Below are positions 9,476 through 18,500 of a DNA stretch of 56,793 nt, piece by piece. Below the pieces are notes generated by a model that saw only the letters and a program-made list of their open reading frames with translations, searched no databases and was not told the DNA's origin. This DNA is from Solirubrobacteraceae bacterium (GTDB lineage Bacteria; Actinomycetota; Thermoleophilia; Solirubrobacterales; Solirubrobacteraceae). Where the stretch lies: contig DATCPD010000254.1 of NCBI GenBank assembly GCA_036564325.1, forward strand, positions 1 to 56,793, given 5' to 3'. Position 1 is the stretch's first letter. Every line of letters begins with the position of its first letter. The position numbers were made by a program, and so were the translations under genes.

Positions 9476-9960
9476 GCGACGCCCAACGCCTGTCCGGGTT
9501 CCTGGAGCTCTCCTCCACGCTGACGGGATTCAGCGTCTTCGAACTCCAGGGCACCGGCCAGGCCGAGCCTTACCTCTCGACCGTGACCGACGTCGCCGGC
9601 GCGGAGATCTTCGACGAACTGCTCGAGGCATACGGGCGCGTGCAGGCGGGGGCGGACGAGGGTGCCGCGGATCTCGACGGCCGGCTGCGACGGGAGATCC
9701 TCGCCGACGAGAAACTCGGGCCGATCGCCCGGAACATCATCAAGATGTGGTTCGTGGGCATCTGGTACGAGCTGCCCAGCGCGTGGAGGGAGGCCTTCGG
9801 GGTCCGCGAGGAGGATTTCATGCACATGGTCTCGCCGGGCGCCTATACCGAAGGGCTCCTGTGGCCGACGATCGGCGCCAATCCGAACGGGGCCAAAGCC
9901 CCCGGGTACGCCTCGTGGGCTCTGCCACCGCGGATCCCGACCGTGGACAGCACCGACTGA
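9472..9960 (+). CDS. Small (gamma/chaperone-type) dehydrogenase subunit, copy 2
   Basis: FLELSSTLTGF, ARNIIKMWFVG, YTEGLLW, GYASWALPP; clear paralog of 3160..3615; GTGA overlap. Confidence 0.75.
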   Translation: MSDAQRLSGFLELSSTLTGFSVFELQGTGQAEPYLSTVTDVAGAEIFDELLEAYGRVQAGADEGAADLDGRLRREILADEKLGPIARNIIKMWFVGIWYELPSAWREAFGVREEDFMHMVSPGAYTEGLLWPTIGANPNGAKAPGYASWALPPRIPTVDSTD

Positions 9961-10013
9961 GACCGGTGCCGCGTGCACCCCACAACGAGGGCTAAAACGA
10001 GAGGTACGGAACG

Positions 10014-10928
10014 ATGAGCGACGGTCCCGCGAAATTTGATCCCGACAAGGTCTGGCTGGGCGTTACCCCGACGCTGTGGTGGAACGACGACTTCCCGTCG
10101 ATCGACATCGGGGTCACGTTCGAGCAGTGCATCAGCGAGATGGCGCTGGCGGGCTACCAGGGCTGCAGCATCGGGCACAAGTACCCGACCGACCGAGATG
10201 TCCTCAAGCGCGCTCTCGACCTCCGCGGGCTGCGGGTGACCGAACCATGGGTGAGCACGTACTTCACGATCAAGGACATGGAGCAGCAGACGCTCAGCAC
10301 GTTCGAGCGCCAGCTCGAGTTCATCAAGGCGATGGGCGGCACCGACATCGTGGTGGCGGAGTTCGGCGGAGCGGTCAACCCGCTGCCGGTGGCCGTCTTC
10401 TCGAACCGCCCGATCTTCGACGATCAGCAGTGGGAAGCCCTCTCGCGGGGCATGAACCGGCTGGGACAGATGGCCAAGGACGCTGGCATGCGCCTCTGTT
10501 ACCACCACCACATGGGCACCGGAGTGATGATGCGACCGGAGGTGGACCGGCTGATGGAGTCCACCGATCCGAACCTCGTCAACCTGCTGTTCGACACCGG
10601 TCACCTCGCATTCGCGGGCGGTGATCCGCTCGAGTTGGCGCAGGCCTACGGCGAGCGCATCAAGCACGTCCACCTGAAGGATGTCCGGGCCGACATCGCG
10701 AAGACCGCGCGCGAGCAGCACTACTCGTTCCAGGACGCGATCGAGGCCGGCGTGTTCACCGTCCCGGGCGACGGCTCGATCGATTTCGTGCCGATCTTCG
10801 ACGTGCTCGCGCAGGCGGGATTCGAGGGGTGGCTGGTGGTCGAGGCCGAGCAGGACCCGGCCAAGGCCACGCCGCTGGAGTACGCGCGCAAGGGCCGTGA
10901 GTACCTGCGCGAGGTGCTCGGCTGGTGA
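10014..10928 (+). CDS. iolE: Myo-inosose-2 dehydratase-like TIM-barrel protein
   Basis: WNDD.P, FEQCISEMALAGY, YHHHMGT, LFDTGH, HVHLKD, FTVPGDG, GWLVVEAEQDP. Confidence 0.85.
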   Translation: MSDGPAKFDPDKVWLGVTPTLWWNDDFPSIDIGVTFEQCISEMALAGYQGCSIGHKYPTDRDVLKRALDLRGLRVTEPWVSTYFTIKDMEQQTLSTFERQLEFIKAMGGTDIVVAEFGGAVNPLPVAVFSNRPIFDDQQWEALSRGMNRLGQMAKDAGMRLCYHHHMGTGVMMRPEVDRLMESTDPNLVNLLFDTGHLAFAGGDPLELAQAYGERIKHVHLKDVRADIAKTAREQHYSFQDAIEAGVFTVPGDGSIDFVPIFDVLAQAGFEGWLVVEAEQDPAKATPLEYARKGREYLREVLGW

Positions 10929-11935
10929 CGATCAGCGCCTCCGCGCCGCGGGAGCTGTACTTCAGCTTCTTCATGTTCACGGCCGACCTGAGGCCGAACG
11001 ATCCCGAGTACCGCCGGCAGATCATTCACCACGCCAAGGAGCTGGTCGGTCTGGGGTACGCCGGGTTCGACGTGCCAATCGCCCCGCCCGGGAACGGCGA
11101 CTATGGCAGTGAGCTCGCCGGCTACGTGGAGCTGCGGCACGCCCTCGACGCGGCCGGCCTCGAGGACGTGCCGTTCAGCACCAACGTCGGCGCGACGAGG
11201 ACCTTCGACCCCACCTCCGCGTACGCCGAGCAGCGACAGGCAGCACTCTCCTACCTGAAGTCAAGGGTCGACATCACCGCGGCGCTGCGCGGCGGGATCA
11301 TGGCCGGCCCGATCATCTTTCCGTACGCAGTGTTCCCGGTCATGGACAGCGGCGAGCCGCTCTGGAGCGACGCGCTGAGGGAGTGGGCGAGCGCTCGCTA
11401 CGGCTTTGCTCAGCCGATTCTCAACGAGCTCGGGGAGTACGCGCAGGAGAAGAACATCAGCCTCGCGATCGAGCCGGTCGATCACTGGGAGACCCCCGCG
11501 CCGAACCTGGTGCGCGAGGTGATGGACTTCCTTCAGGACGTCCCCAGCCCCCAGCTGGGCGTCTGCATCGACAGTGCCCACGTGATGCTCGGCGGCGACG
11601 GCCCCAGAGCGTTCGCCGAGCAGGTCCAGCGGGCGGGGGCCGCGGGCCGGATCCACTCTGTCCACATCTCACCCCCCGACCGTGGCTCGTTCGAGGACAG
11701 TTGGATCCCCTGGCAGCAGTTTCTCGAGCCGGTGCTCGCGCACTACGACGGGCCGCTGCTGGTGGAGACCTTCAACGCGGTGGCGCCGTTCATCACCTTC
11801 CTGCGGCTGGGCCGCAAGAAGTTCTGGATCCCGGGCGAAGATCCGCCGGATGAGAGCGTTCCGGATGCGTACACCGTCGCCGCCAGGGCGATCGACAAGG
11901 TTCGGAGCGAACTCTCCGCTCACGCTCATGCCTAG
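10925..11935 (+). CDS. Sugar phosphate isomerase/epimerase (D-tagatose/psicose 3-epimerase-like TIM barrel)
   Basis: Metal-ligand motifs IEPVDHWE, IDSAH, VHISxxDRG, VETF; GTGA overlap with iolE. Confidence 0.82.
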   Translation: MTISASAPRELYFSFFMFTADLRPNDPEYRRQIIHHAKELVGLGYAGFDVPIAPPGNGDYGSELAGYVELRHALDAAGLEDVPFSTNVGATRTFDPTSAYAEQRQAALSYLKSRVDITAALRGGIMAGPIIFPYAVFPVMDSGEPLWSDALREWASARYGFAQPILNELGEYAQEKNISLAIEPVDHWETPAPNLVREVMDFLQDVPSPQLGVCIDSAHVMLGGDGPRAFAEQVQRAGAAGRIHSVHISPPDRGSFEDSWIPWQQFLEPVLAHYDGPLLVETFNAVAPFITFLRLGRKKFWIPGEDPPDESVPDAYTVAARAIDKVRSELSAHAHA

Positions 11936-11949
11936 ACAAAGGAACTTCG

Positions 11950-12903
11950 ATGACTGACACGCCACCACAGACGCGTCTCGGGAGCGCCCTGGTGCCGGAG
12001 ACCGGCCCAGCCGTGTCGCACAACAACCTCACCTCATTCCGGCCCGTCTCGCCGCAGGCCGCCACCGCCGAGAGCATGGGGCCGCTGCGAGACCTCCCGG
12101 GGCACTGGCAGGGAACCGGGTTCAACCTCATCGCCCGCCCGGACTTCGAAAGCGAGAACGAGGATGGCTTCTTCCTGGAGCTCAATCTGCTGTTCGAGAC
12201 GATCGACTTCACCCCCATCGGCTCGCCGATCCAGAACCGGGGCAGTGCCCAGCCGGACGTCGCGCTGTTCGGGGTGACCTACGTGCAGCGCGTGACGGAT
12301 TCGACCACGGGAGGTGCGCTGCACATCGAGCCGGGGGTGTTCCTCAAGATCCCACCGACGTCGGTCCCCGAGACCGATGAAACCATCGCGCGGCTAGGCA
12401 ACGTCCCCCACGGCAACTCGTTCTGCACGGTCGGCGAGGCACACGAGATGGTCCCCGATGCCTCGTTCCAGATCCCGCCCACGCCCACGGTCCCGTTCAA
12501 GATCGGGTCCGAGCCGCCGGCGCCGGACACGAAGAACCCGTTCCGGGCCTACGACCTGAGCGCCGAGTCGAGGTTCCGCACCAATCCGCTCCCACCCGAG
12601 ATAACGCAGGAGATCGTCGACAACCCGGCGATCTACAACCAGCACCGCCTCGACGGCCACACGATCAACCACATGACCGTGCTTCCGACCTCGACCGCCG
12701 CCGGCGGGGGCATCGGCAACATCCCCTTCATCACCCACAATGCAGACGCCGTCTCGCTGGACTCGGTGTTCGCGATCCAGCGCATCCAGGGCCCGAACGA
12801 GGTGGAGTTCCTTCAGCTTCAGTACACACAGAGCGCGCTGCTCAATTTCCGCGGCATGAGCTTCCCGCACGTCTCGGTCGCGACGCTGATCAAGGCGTTC
12901 TGA
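11950..12903 (+). CDS. Putative heme-binding beta-barrel protein (nitrobindin-like)
   Basis: GPLRDLPGHWQGTGFN, ETIDFTPI..NRG, LHIEPG, VPHGNS, LQYTQ, C-terminal FPHVSVATL. Confidence 0.6.
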   Translation: MTDTPPQTRLGSALVPETGPAVSHNNLTSFRPVSPQAATAESMGPLRDLPGHWQGTGFNLIARPDFESENEDGFFLELNLLFETIDFTPIGSPIQNRGSAQPDVALFGVTYVQRVTDSTTGGALHIEPGVFLKIPPTSVPETDETIARLGNVPHGNSFCTVGEAHEMVPDASFQIPPTPTVPFKIGSEPPAPDTKNPFRAYDLSAESRFRTNPLPPEITQEIVDNPAIYNQHRLDGHTINHMTVLPTSTAAGGGIGNIPFITHNADAVSLDSVFAIQRIQGPNEVEFLQLQYTQSALLNFRGMSFPHVSVATLIKAF

Positions 12904-12905
12904 GA

Positions 12906-12937
12906 CGCGGGCGGGAGCGCTTCGCCTTCCGCCCGCG
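12906..12937. terminator. GC-rich hairpin, probable bidirectional terminator
   Basis: CGCGGGCGGGAG / CTTCCGCCCGCG 12-bp stem (one G-U pair) between the convergent genes ending at 12903 and 12947. Confidence 0.7.
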
Positions 12938-12946
12938 CCCCGGCCT

Positions 12947-14911
12947 CTAAGTCATCTCGTCGGCGATCACATGCTGGACGGCGTTGATCAACGCGAGGTG
13001 CGTGAACGCCTGCGGGAAGTTCCCCAGATGGCGCCCGCTCTCAGCCTCGATCTCCTCGCCGTACAGGCCGAGCGGAGAGGCGAGTGCGAGCATCTTCTCG
13101 CACAGCGCCTTGGCCCGGCGCTTGTCTCCGATCTCGCTCAGCGCGCTGACCAGCCAGAACGTGCAGATGGCGAAGCTACCCTCCTTGCCCGACAGCCCAT
13201 CGTCGGTCTCATCGACCTTGTAGCGAAGGACGAGCCCGTGCTCGGTCAGCTCGTCGGCGATGGCACGCACGGTGTTTTGGAGCCGCTCGTCGTCGGGGGG
13301 CAGGAACTGCACGATCGCCATGAGCAGAAGCGACGCGTCCAGGGCGTCGGTGTCGTAATGCTGGCGGAAGACACCCCGGTCGCTCACGCCGCGTTCGAGG
13401 ATCTCGTCGCGGATCTCATCCGCACCCTTGCGCCAGCGGACGGCGAGATCCGGGTCGGCGTAGATCTCGGCCAGACGGGCGCCGCGATCGAGCGCCACCC
13501 AGCACATCAGCTTTGAGCTGACGTAGTGCTTCGGCTCGCCGCGCGCCTCCCAGATGCCCTGGTCAGGCTCGCGCCAGACCCTCGCTGCACCCTCCACCTG
13601 AGCCTCGACCAGCGGCCAGAGCTCATGTGGCATGGTGTTCCGGCGCTGCGTATGCAGGTGCACGGAGTCCACCACGGCCCCGTAGACGTCGTTTTGCCGC
13701 TGCGAATATGCGCCGTTCCCGATCCGCACCGGCCGCGAGTGATCGTAGCCTCGGAGATGGTCGAGGGTCTTCTCGGTCAGGTCACGCTCTCCCCCGATCC
13801 CGTACATGATCTGAAGCGAGCCGTCCTCGTTGCGTTCCAGGTCGACGACGAACTGCATGAAGTCGTCGGCCTCCCAATCGAGCCCGAGGGCGTGGAGCGC
13901 GTAGAGCGTGAACGTCGCGTCACGCATCCAGGTGTAGCGGTAGTCCCAGTTACGCTCCCCGCCCGGAGTCTCCGGAAGCGATGTCGTGAGCGCGGCGACC
14001 AACGCCCCGGTCGGTGCGTAGGTCAGACCCTTGAGAGTCAACGCCGAGCGCTGGAGATGGCCGGCCCATGGATGATCGGGGAACTCCCCGTCGGTCAGCC
14101 AGCCGCGCCAGTAGTGGAAGGTCTCAGAGATCCAGCTCTCGGCCTCGTCGACCGTGCGCGGAACCTCGAGATCCGCCGCCCACCCGAGGGCGACGAAGCA
14201 TTTCTCGCCCTCGACCATCGTGTGGCGCGCGCGGACACGGGAGGATTCGACTCCAAGCCGCATGTTGCTCGCCAGCCGGATCTCCTGCTCCCCCAGATCA
14301 ACCCCGTGCTTGCCACGCCCGTGCGCAAGTCCGCCCTCCGCATCATCCGACAGCTCCCACTCGGCCGGTTCACGCGCATAGTCGAACATCGGCTCGCAGA
14401 TGACCTCGAGCTCCACCTGCCCCTGCACGCACTCGATCAGCCGGATCAGCGTGTGCTGTGCTGACTTGTCGGTCGGAGGCCGCGTTTGCGGGCTCCGATC
14501 TGCAGCCTGGCGCCACTGGCCGATGGCCAGCGCGTCACGGACGGTGATCCACCCTCCGCGCGTCATCCATGTCGTTTCCAGGACGTTTGTGCCCGGGAGA
14601 TACCGGCGCGCCAGCGGGACGTACACGCCATAGGGACCGACGCGAAACTGGCCGGCGCTGCGGTCGAGCAGGGCGGTGAACACACTTGGTGAATCGAACC
14701 GCGGAACGGACATCCAGTCCACCGCGCCGTCAGGCCCTACCAACGCTCCCGTCTGACAGTCGGAGAGGAACGCGTAGTCGGCGATCGGTGTGAACCCCAT
14801 GGTACCGGCGCTCCCCGGCGCCGCGTTGAACTTCGGCGTGCCGCCTGCGTCTGTTGCCTGCACCGGATCAGCCATTGCGCCCGTCCCCCCCGCCTCCGAC
14901 GGTTTGTTCAC
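12947..14911 (-). CDS. Glycoside hydrolase family 15 (trehalase/glucoamylase-like)
   Basis: PIADYAFLSD N-domain, RNWDYRYTWMRD, GIWE, LYGEE..HLGNFPQAFTH; start uncertain (14911 or 14875). Confidence 0.92.
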   Translation of the reverse strand: MNKPSEAGGTGAMADPVQATDAGGTPKFNAAPGSAGTMGFTPIADYAFLSDCQTGALVGPDGAVDWMSVPRFDSPSVFTALLDRSAGQFRVGPYGVYVPLARRYLPGTNVLETTWMTRGGWITVRDALAIGQWRQAADRSPQTRPPTDKSAQHTLIRLIECVQGQVELEVICEPMFDYAREPAEWELSDDAEGGLAHGRGKHGVDLGEQEIRLASNMRLGVESSRVRARHTMVEGEKCFVALGWAADLEVPRTVDEAESWISETFHYWRGWLTDGEFPDHPWAGHLQRSALTLKGLTYAPTGALVAALTTSLPETPGGERNWDYRYTWMRDATFTLYALHALGLDWEADDFMQFVVDLERNEDGSLQIMYGIGGERDLTEKTLDHLRGYDHSRPVRIGNGAYSQRQNDVYGAVVDSVHLHTQRRNTMPHELWPLVEAQVEGAARVWREPDQGIWEARGEPKHYVSSKLMCWVALDRGARLAEIYADPDLAVRWRKGADEIRDEILERGVSDRGVFRQHYDTDALDASLLLMAIVQFLPPDDERLQNTVRAIADELTEHGLVLRYKVDETDDGLSGKEGSFAICTFWLVSALSEIGDKRRAKALCEKMLALASPLGLYGEEIEAESGRHLGNFPQAFTHLALINAVQHVIADEMT

Positions 14912-15032
14912 ACCAGCGCGTCACGTACCTCTCCCCCTCCGTTGGCCCTTCAATCTCGAGTAGACGCTGCAGCCTATCTAGGCCGGAGGTCATAAACCGT
15001 CGAATCCCGGTCGACCGGCTCGGCGCGGTTAC

Positions 15033-15308
15033 TCAGTACTGGGCCGAATCAGCCACCTCGACGACCGTGGGCTCGGTCTTGGTAGTCATGTCGTTCAGGA
15101 CCCCGGAGGCCAGCAGTCGCTCCCTGACGGCGTTGGCATCCTCGACGGAGCCGTACTCGGTAGCGACGAATACCTGCCTCGGGTCGTCGACTCCGCGAAA
15201 GATCTGGTGGCCCTTCGCGACTCCCTTACGCCCCGCCGGATCAGAGTCGAACACCTGCTTCCAGCCATCGAAATCCTCGATCTCGAAGTGAATCAGCATG
15301 AACGCCAT
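15033..15308 (-). CDS. Small dimeric alpha+beta barrel (ABM-like) protein
   Basis: 91 aa, HFEIEDFDGWKQVFDSD...IFRGVDDPRQV; SD GAGGGAGG before ATG 15308. Confidence 0.75.
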   Translation of the reverse strand: MAFMLIHFEIEDFDGWKQVFDSDPAGRKGVAKGHQIFRGVDDPRQVFVATEYGSVEDANAVRERLLASGVLNDMTTKTEPTVVEVADSAQY

Positions 15309-15518
15309 GAGAACGCCTCCCTCGTGATGCGGTAGCCCAACCGTTGGCCCGACTCTAAACCGGCTCACATTCGCCTGCAACAGGGCGAGCCTGCTCCACG
15401 CTGGTAAACGCTCCGTCGATCAGCCAAGATGTCCCCATGCCTCGGGCGCAGTGGGCGGGCGTAGGTCAACCTGGGCGATCGTTCGGCCGGACCAACTCCT
15501 CCCAGGGACTGCACCTCG

Positions 15519-18500
15519 GTGTCTGAGGCCACCGACACACGGGTCGTGGTCCTCAGGGACCGCTACGAACTGCTCGAGACCCTGGGGTCTGGCGGCGAGG
15601 CGCGAGTGGTGAAGGCGCTGGACCGCCAGCACGCGCGACTGGTGGCTCTCAAGATGAGACCGGTCGGCACGGATCAAGGCCGCGACGACGTGCTCCGTGA
15701 GGCCCGGGTTCTGTTCGGGCTGACACCCCATCCATCGCTGCCGCTCGTGCGGGAGGACTTCTTCGACGGCGACCAGTACGTCATCGTGATGGATTGGGTC
15801 GATGGCACCGACCTCTCAAGGCTTCTCCGGGACACGGGCACTCCGGGCCTCCCCTTGTCCAGCGTCCTGGCCTACCTCGCCGAGGCCGCTGAGGCTCTGA
15901 CCTTCCTGCACACCCACGACCCGCCGATCATCCACGGTGACGTCAAGCCGGCCAACCTGATTCTGACGCGCGGTGGCCACGTGAAGCTGGTGGACTTTGG
16001 GCTCTCCTCGACGCTGGGGATGGGCGGTGAGCGCAGGGGCACGGCTGGATTCCGAGCGCCGGAACTACAGGCCGGCGGGCCACCCTCGCGCGCCAGCGAC
16101 GTGTACGCGCTGGCGGCGACCGCGTTTGCGCTCCTCACCGGTGCGCCCCCCGGGGGGACGCCGCCGACTTGGGAGCGGCTCGACGCCGGACAAACGGTGC
16201 GACTGGAGGCGGCGGTCGCGGCCGGTCTCGCAGCCGATCCCGCGCACCGTCCGGCCACCCCCGGGGAGCTGGTCGAGCGCTTGCGTTCGGGCTGGGCCTC
16301 GACCCTCCCGACCGGGGTTATGACCTTCTGCATGTCGGACATCGAGGGCTCGACCAAGCTCTGGGAGAGCCAGCCGGTGGCGATGGCGGAGGCGCTCGTC
16401 CGTCACGACGAGCTGATCGCCGGAGTGATGGAAGCGCACGGCGGCCGTTTCCTGAAGTCGATGGGCGAAGGCGACTCCACAACGTCGGTGTTCGAATCGG
16501 CAATGCAGGCGGTGAGGGCAGCGATCGAGGCGACGCGCGCGCTCGCGGACCAGACCTCGCCCGACGGCGCGCCGATCCGCGCACGCTTCGGACTTCATAC
16601 CGGCGAGGGACAGAAACGCGGTGATGCCTACTACGGTCCGAGCATCAACCTCGCCGCCCGGGTGCGAGGCGAGGCGGGCGGCGGCGAGATCCTGCTCTCG
16701 CAGACGACGGCAGAGCTGGTGAGCGGGAACCTTCCCGCGGGCTACGCGATCGTTGATCTGGGTTTCCACAACCTGAAGGGCATCCACAGACCTGCGGCGC
16801 TGAAGGCGCTCATCGGTCCGGGTCTGGCGACGGTGCCGTCGGCCGCCGAATGTCCCTATCGCGGGCTGCTCGCCTTCCGGCCGCGCGATCGCCACCTGTT
16901 CTTCGGTCGCGAGGAGGTGGTGGCCGAGGTGCTGGCACGGGTTGCGCCGGCGCGGCTGCTCGCGGTGGTCGGCGCGTCGGGGAGCGGTAAGTCCTCCCTA
17001 CTCCGAGCCGGCGTGCTCGCCGCGGTGGAGGCAGGCGAGCTCCCGGCCGTGCACGCAGCTCGCCTGATCACCCCTGGGGCCCAACCGCCGCTCGATCTCG
17101 GCGATGACGAGGCCGAATTACTGGTCGTCGATCAGTTCGAGGAGCTGTACACGCAGTGCCATGACGCCGAGTTGCGAGCTCGCTTCATCGAGTGCCTGGT
17201 CTCCCGAAAGGGGCCGGTGGTAATCGGGGTGAGGGCCGACTTCTACGGTGAGATGAGCACCGACGCGGAGCTGGCCAACGCGGTCGCCCAGAACCAGGTG
17301 CTGCTTGGTCCGATGCGCGACAACGACCTTCGCCGCGCGATCTGCGAGCCGGCTCGGGTGGCCGGACTCCGACTGGAGCCGGGCCTCATCGACCTCGTGC
17401 TGCGTGACGTGGCGGGGGAACCCGGCGCGCTACCGCTGATGTCACACGCGCTGCGCGAGACCTGGGAGCGCAGGGACGGGAGGGCGCTCACGGTCAAGGC
17501 CTACCACCGCAGCGGTGGCGTCAGCTCAGCGGTGGCGCGGACCGCCGACGCGGTCGTCGAGGCAACTCCGGAGTCCGACCGGCCCTTGCTGCGCAACGTC
17601 TTCCTTCGCCTCACCGAGATCGGCCACGACGTGGAGGACACCCGGCGTCGCGTTCGCGTCGAAGAGCTCGTCCCCCAGGGAACCTCAGCTGACACGGTGA
17701 GGACCCTGCTGGGGCGGCTGGCGGAAGCCCGCCTCGTGGCCCTCGACAAGGGAACCGCCGAAGTCGCACACGAGGTCCTCATACGTCGCTGGCCGACCCT
17801 GCGCCGCTGGCTCGAGGAGGACCGTGAAGGGATCCGTCTGCATCGGCGGCTCAGCGATGCCGCCCGCCTCTGGGACGCCACCGGCCGGGAGCCGGCCGAC
17901 CTCTATCGCGGCACGCGTCTGGATGCGGCAGTCGAATGGGCGAGGGCGGACGGTGCCTCGCTCAACGAGACCGAGCGGGCGTTCCTGAACGCGAGCGTCG
18001 ACGAATCGACTGAGTCGCAGCACCGGCAGCTGACGGCCAATCGCCGGCTGCGCCGTGCGCTGATCGGAAGCGCGGGTCTCCTCGTCGCGGCGCTGGCGCT
18101 GCTCGTCTTCGCCCTGGTGAGCCGGCATGCCGCGGTCGGGGCAGAGGCATCAGCCCGGTCCCAGGCGCTTGCCACCGAGGCGCAAGGCCAGGTCGCGCGG
18201 GATCCACAGCGCGCGCTGCTCCTGGCCCGGGCGGCGCTGGCGGCGGCCCCGACCCCCGGCGCCGAGCTGGCTGCATCGGAAGCGCTGGACGCCAACACGG
18301 TCCGGTCGCAGCTCCCCTCGTTCGGAGCCCAGGGCTGCCTGACGGCCAACTTCCTGTTCCTGTTCGATCGCGGCCGGATCGCGGCTGACAACACCTGCGA
18401 TGGCTACGTCGTGTTTGGGGACCTCGTGCGCAAACGGATCGTCAACCGCGTGAGGGTGGGGCCCTCTTCGACTGACATGATCCTCGGCCCGGGTGGCCGA

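Noticed and set aside
10014-10928. Standard myo-inositol catabolic operon
   Set aside because: iolG, iolD, iolB, iolC, iolA and a transporter are absent from the window
14868-14940. Strong SD with an out-of-frame GTG at 14924 and a G7 run upstream of GH15, as possible phase variation
   Set aside because: In-frame starts at 14911 and 14875 exist, and short G runs are common at this GC content
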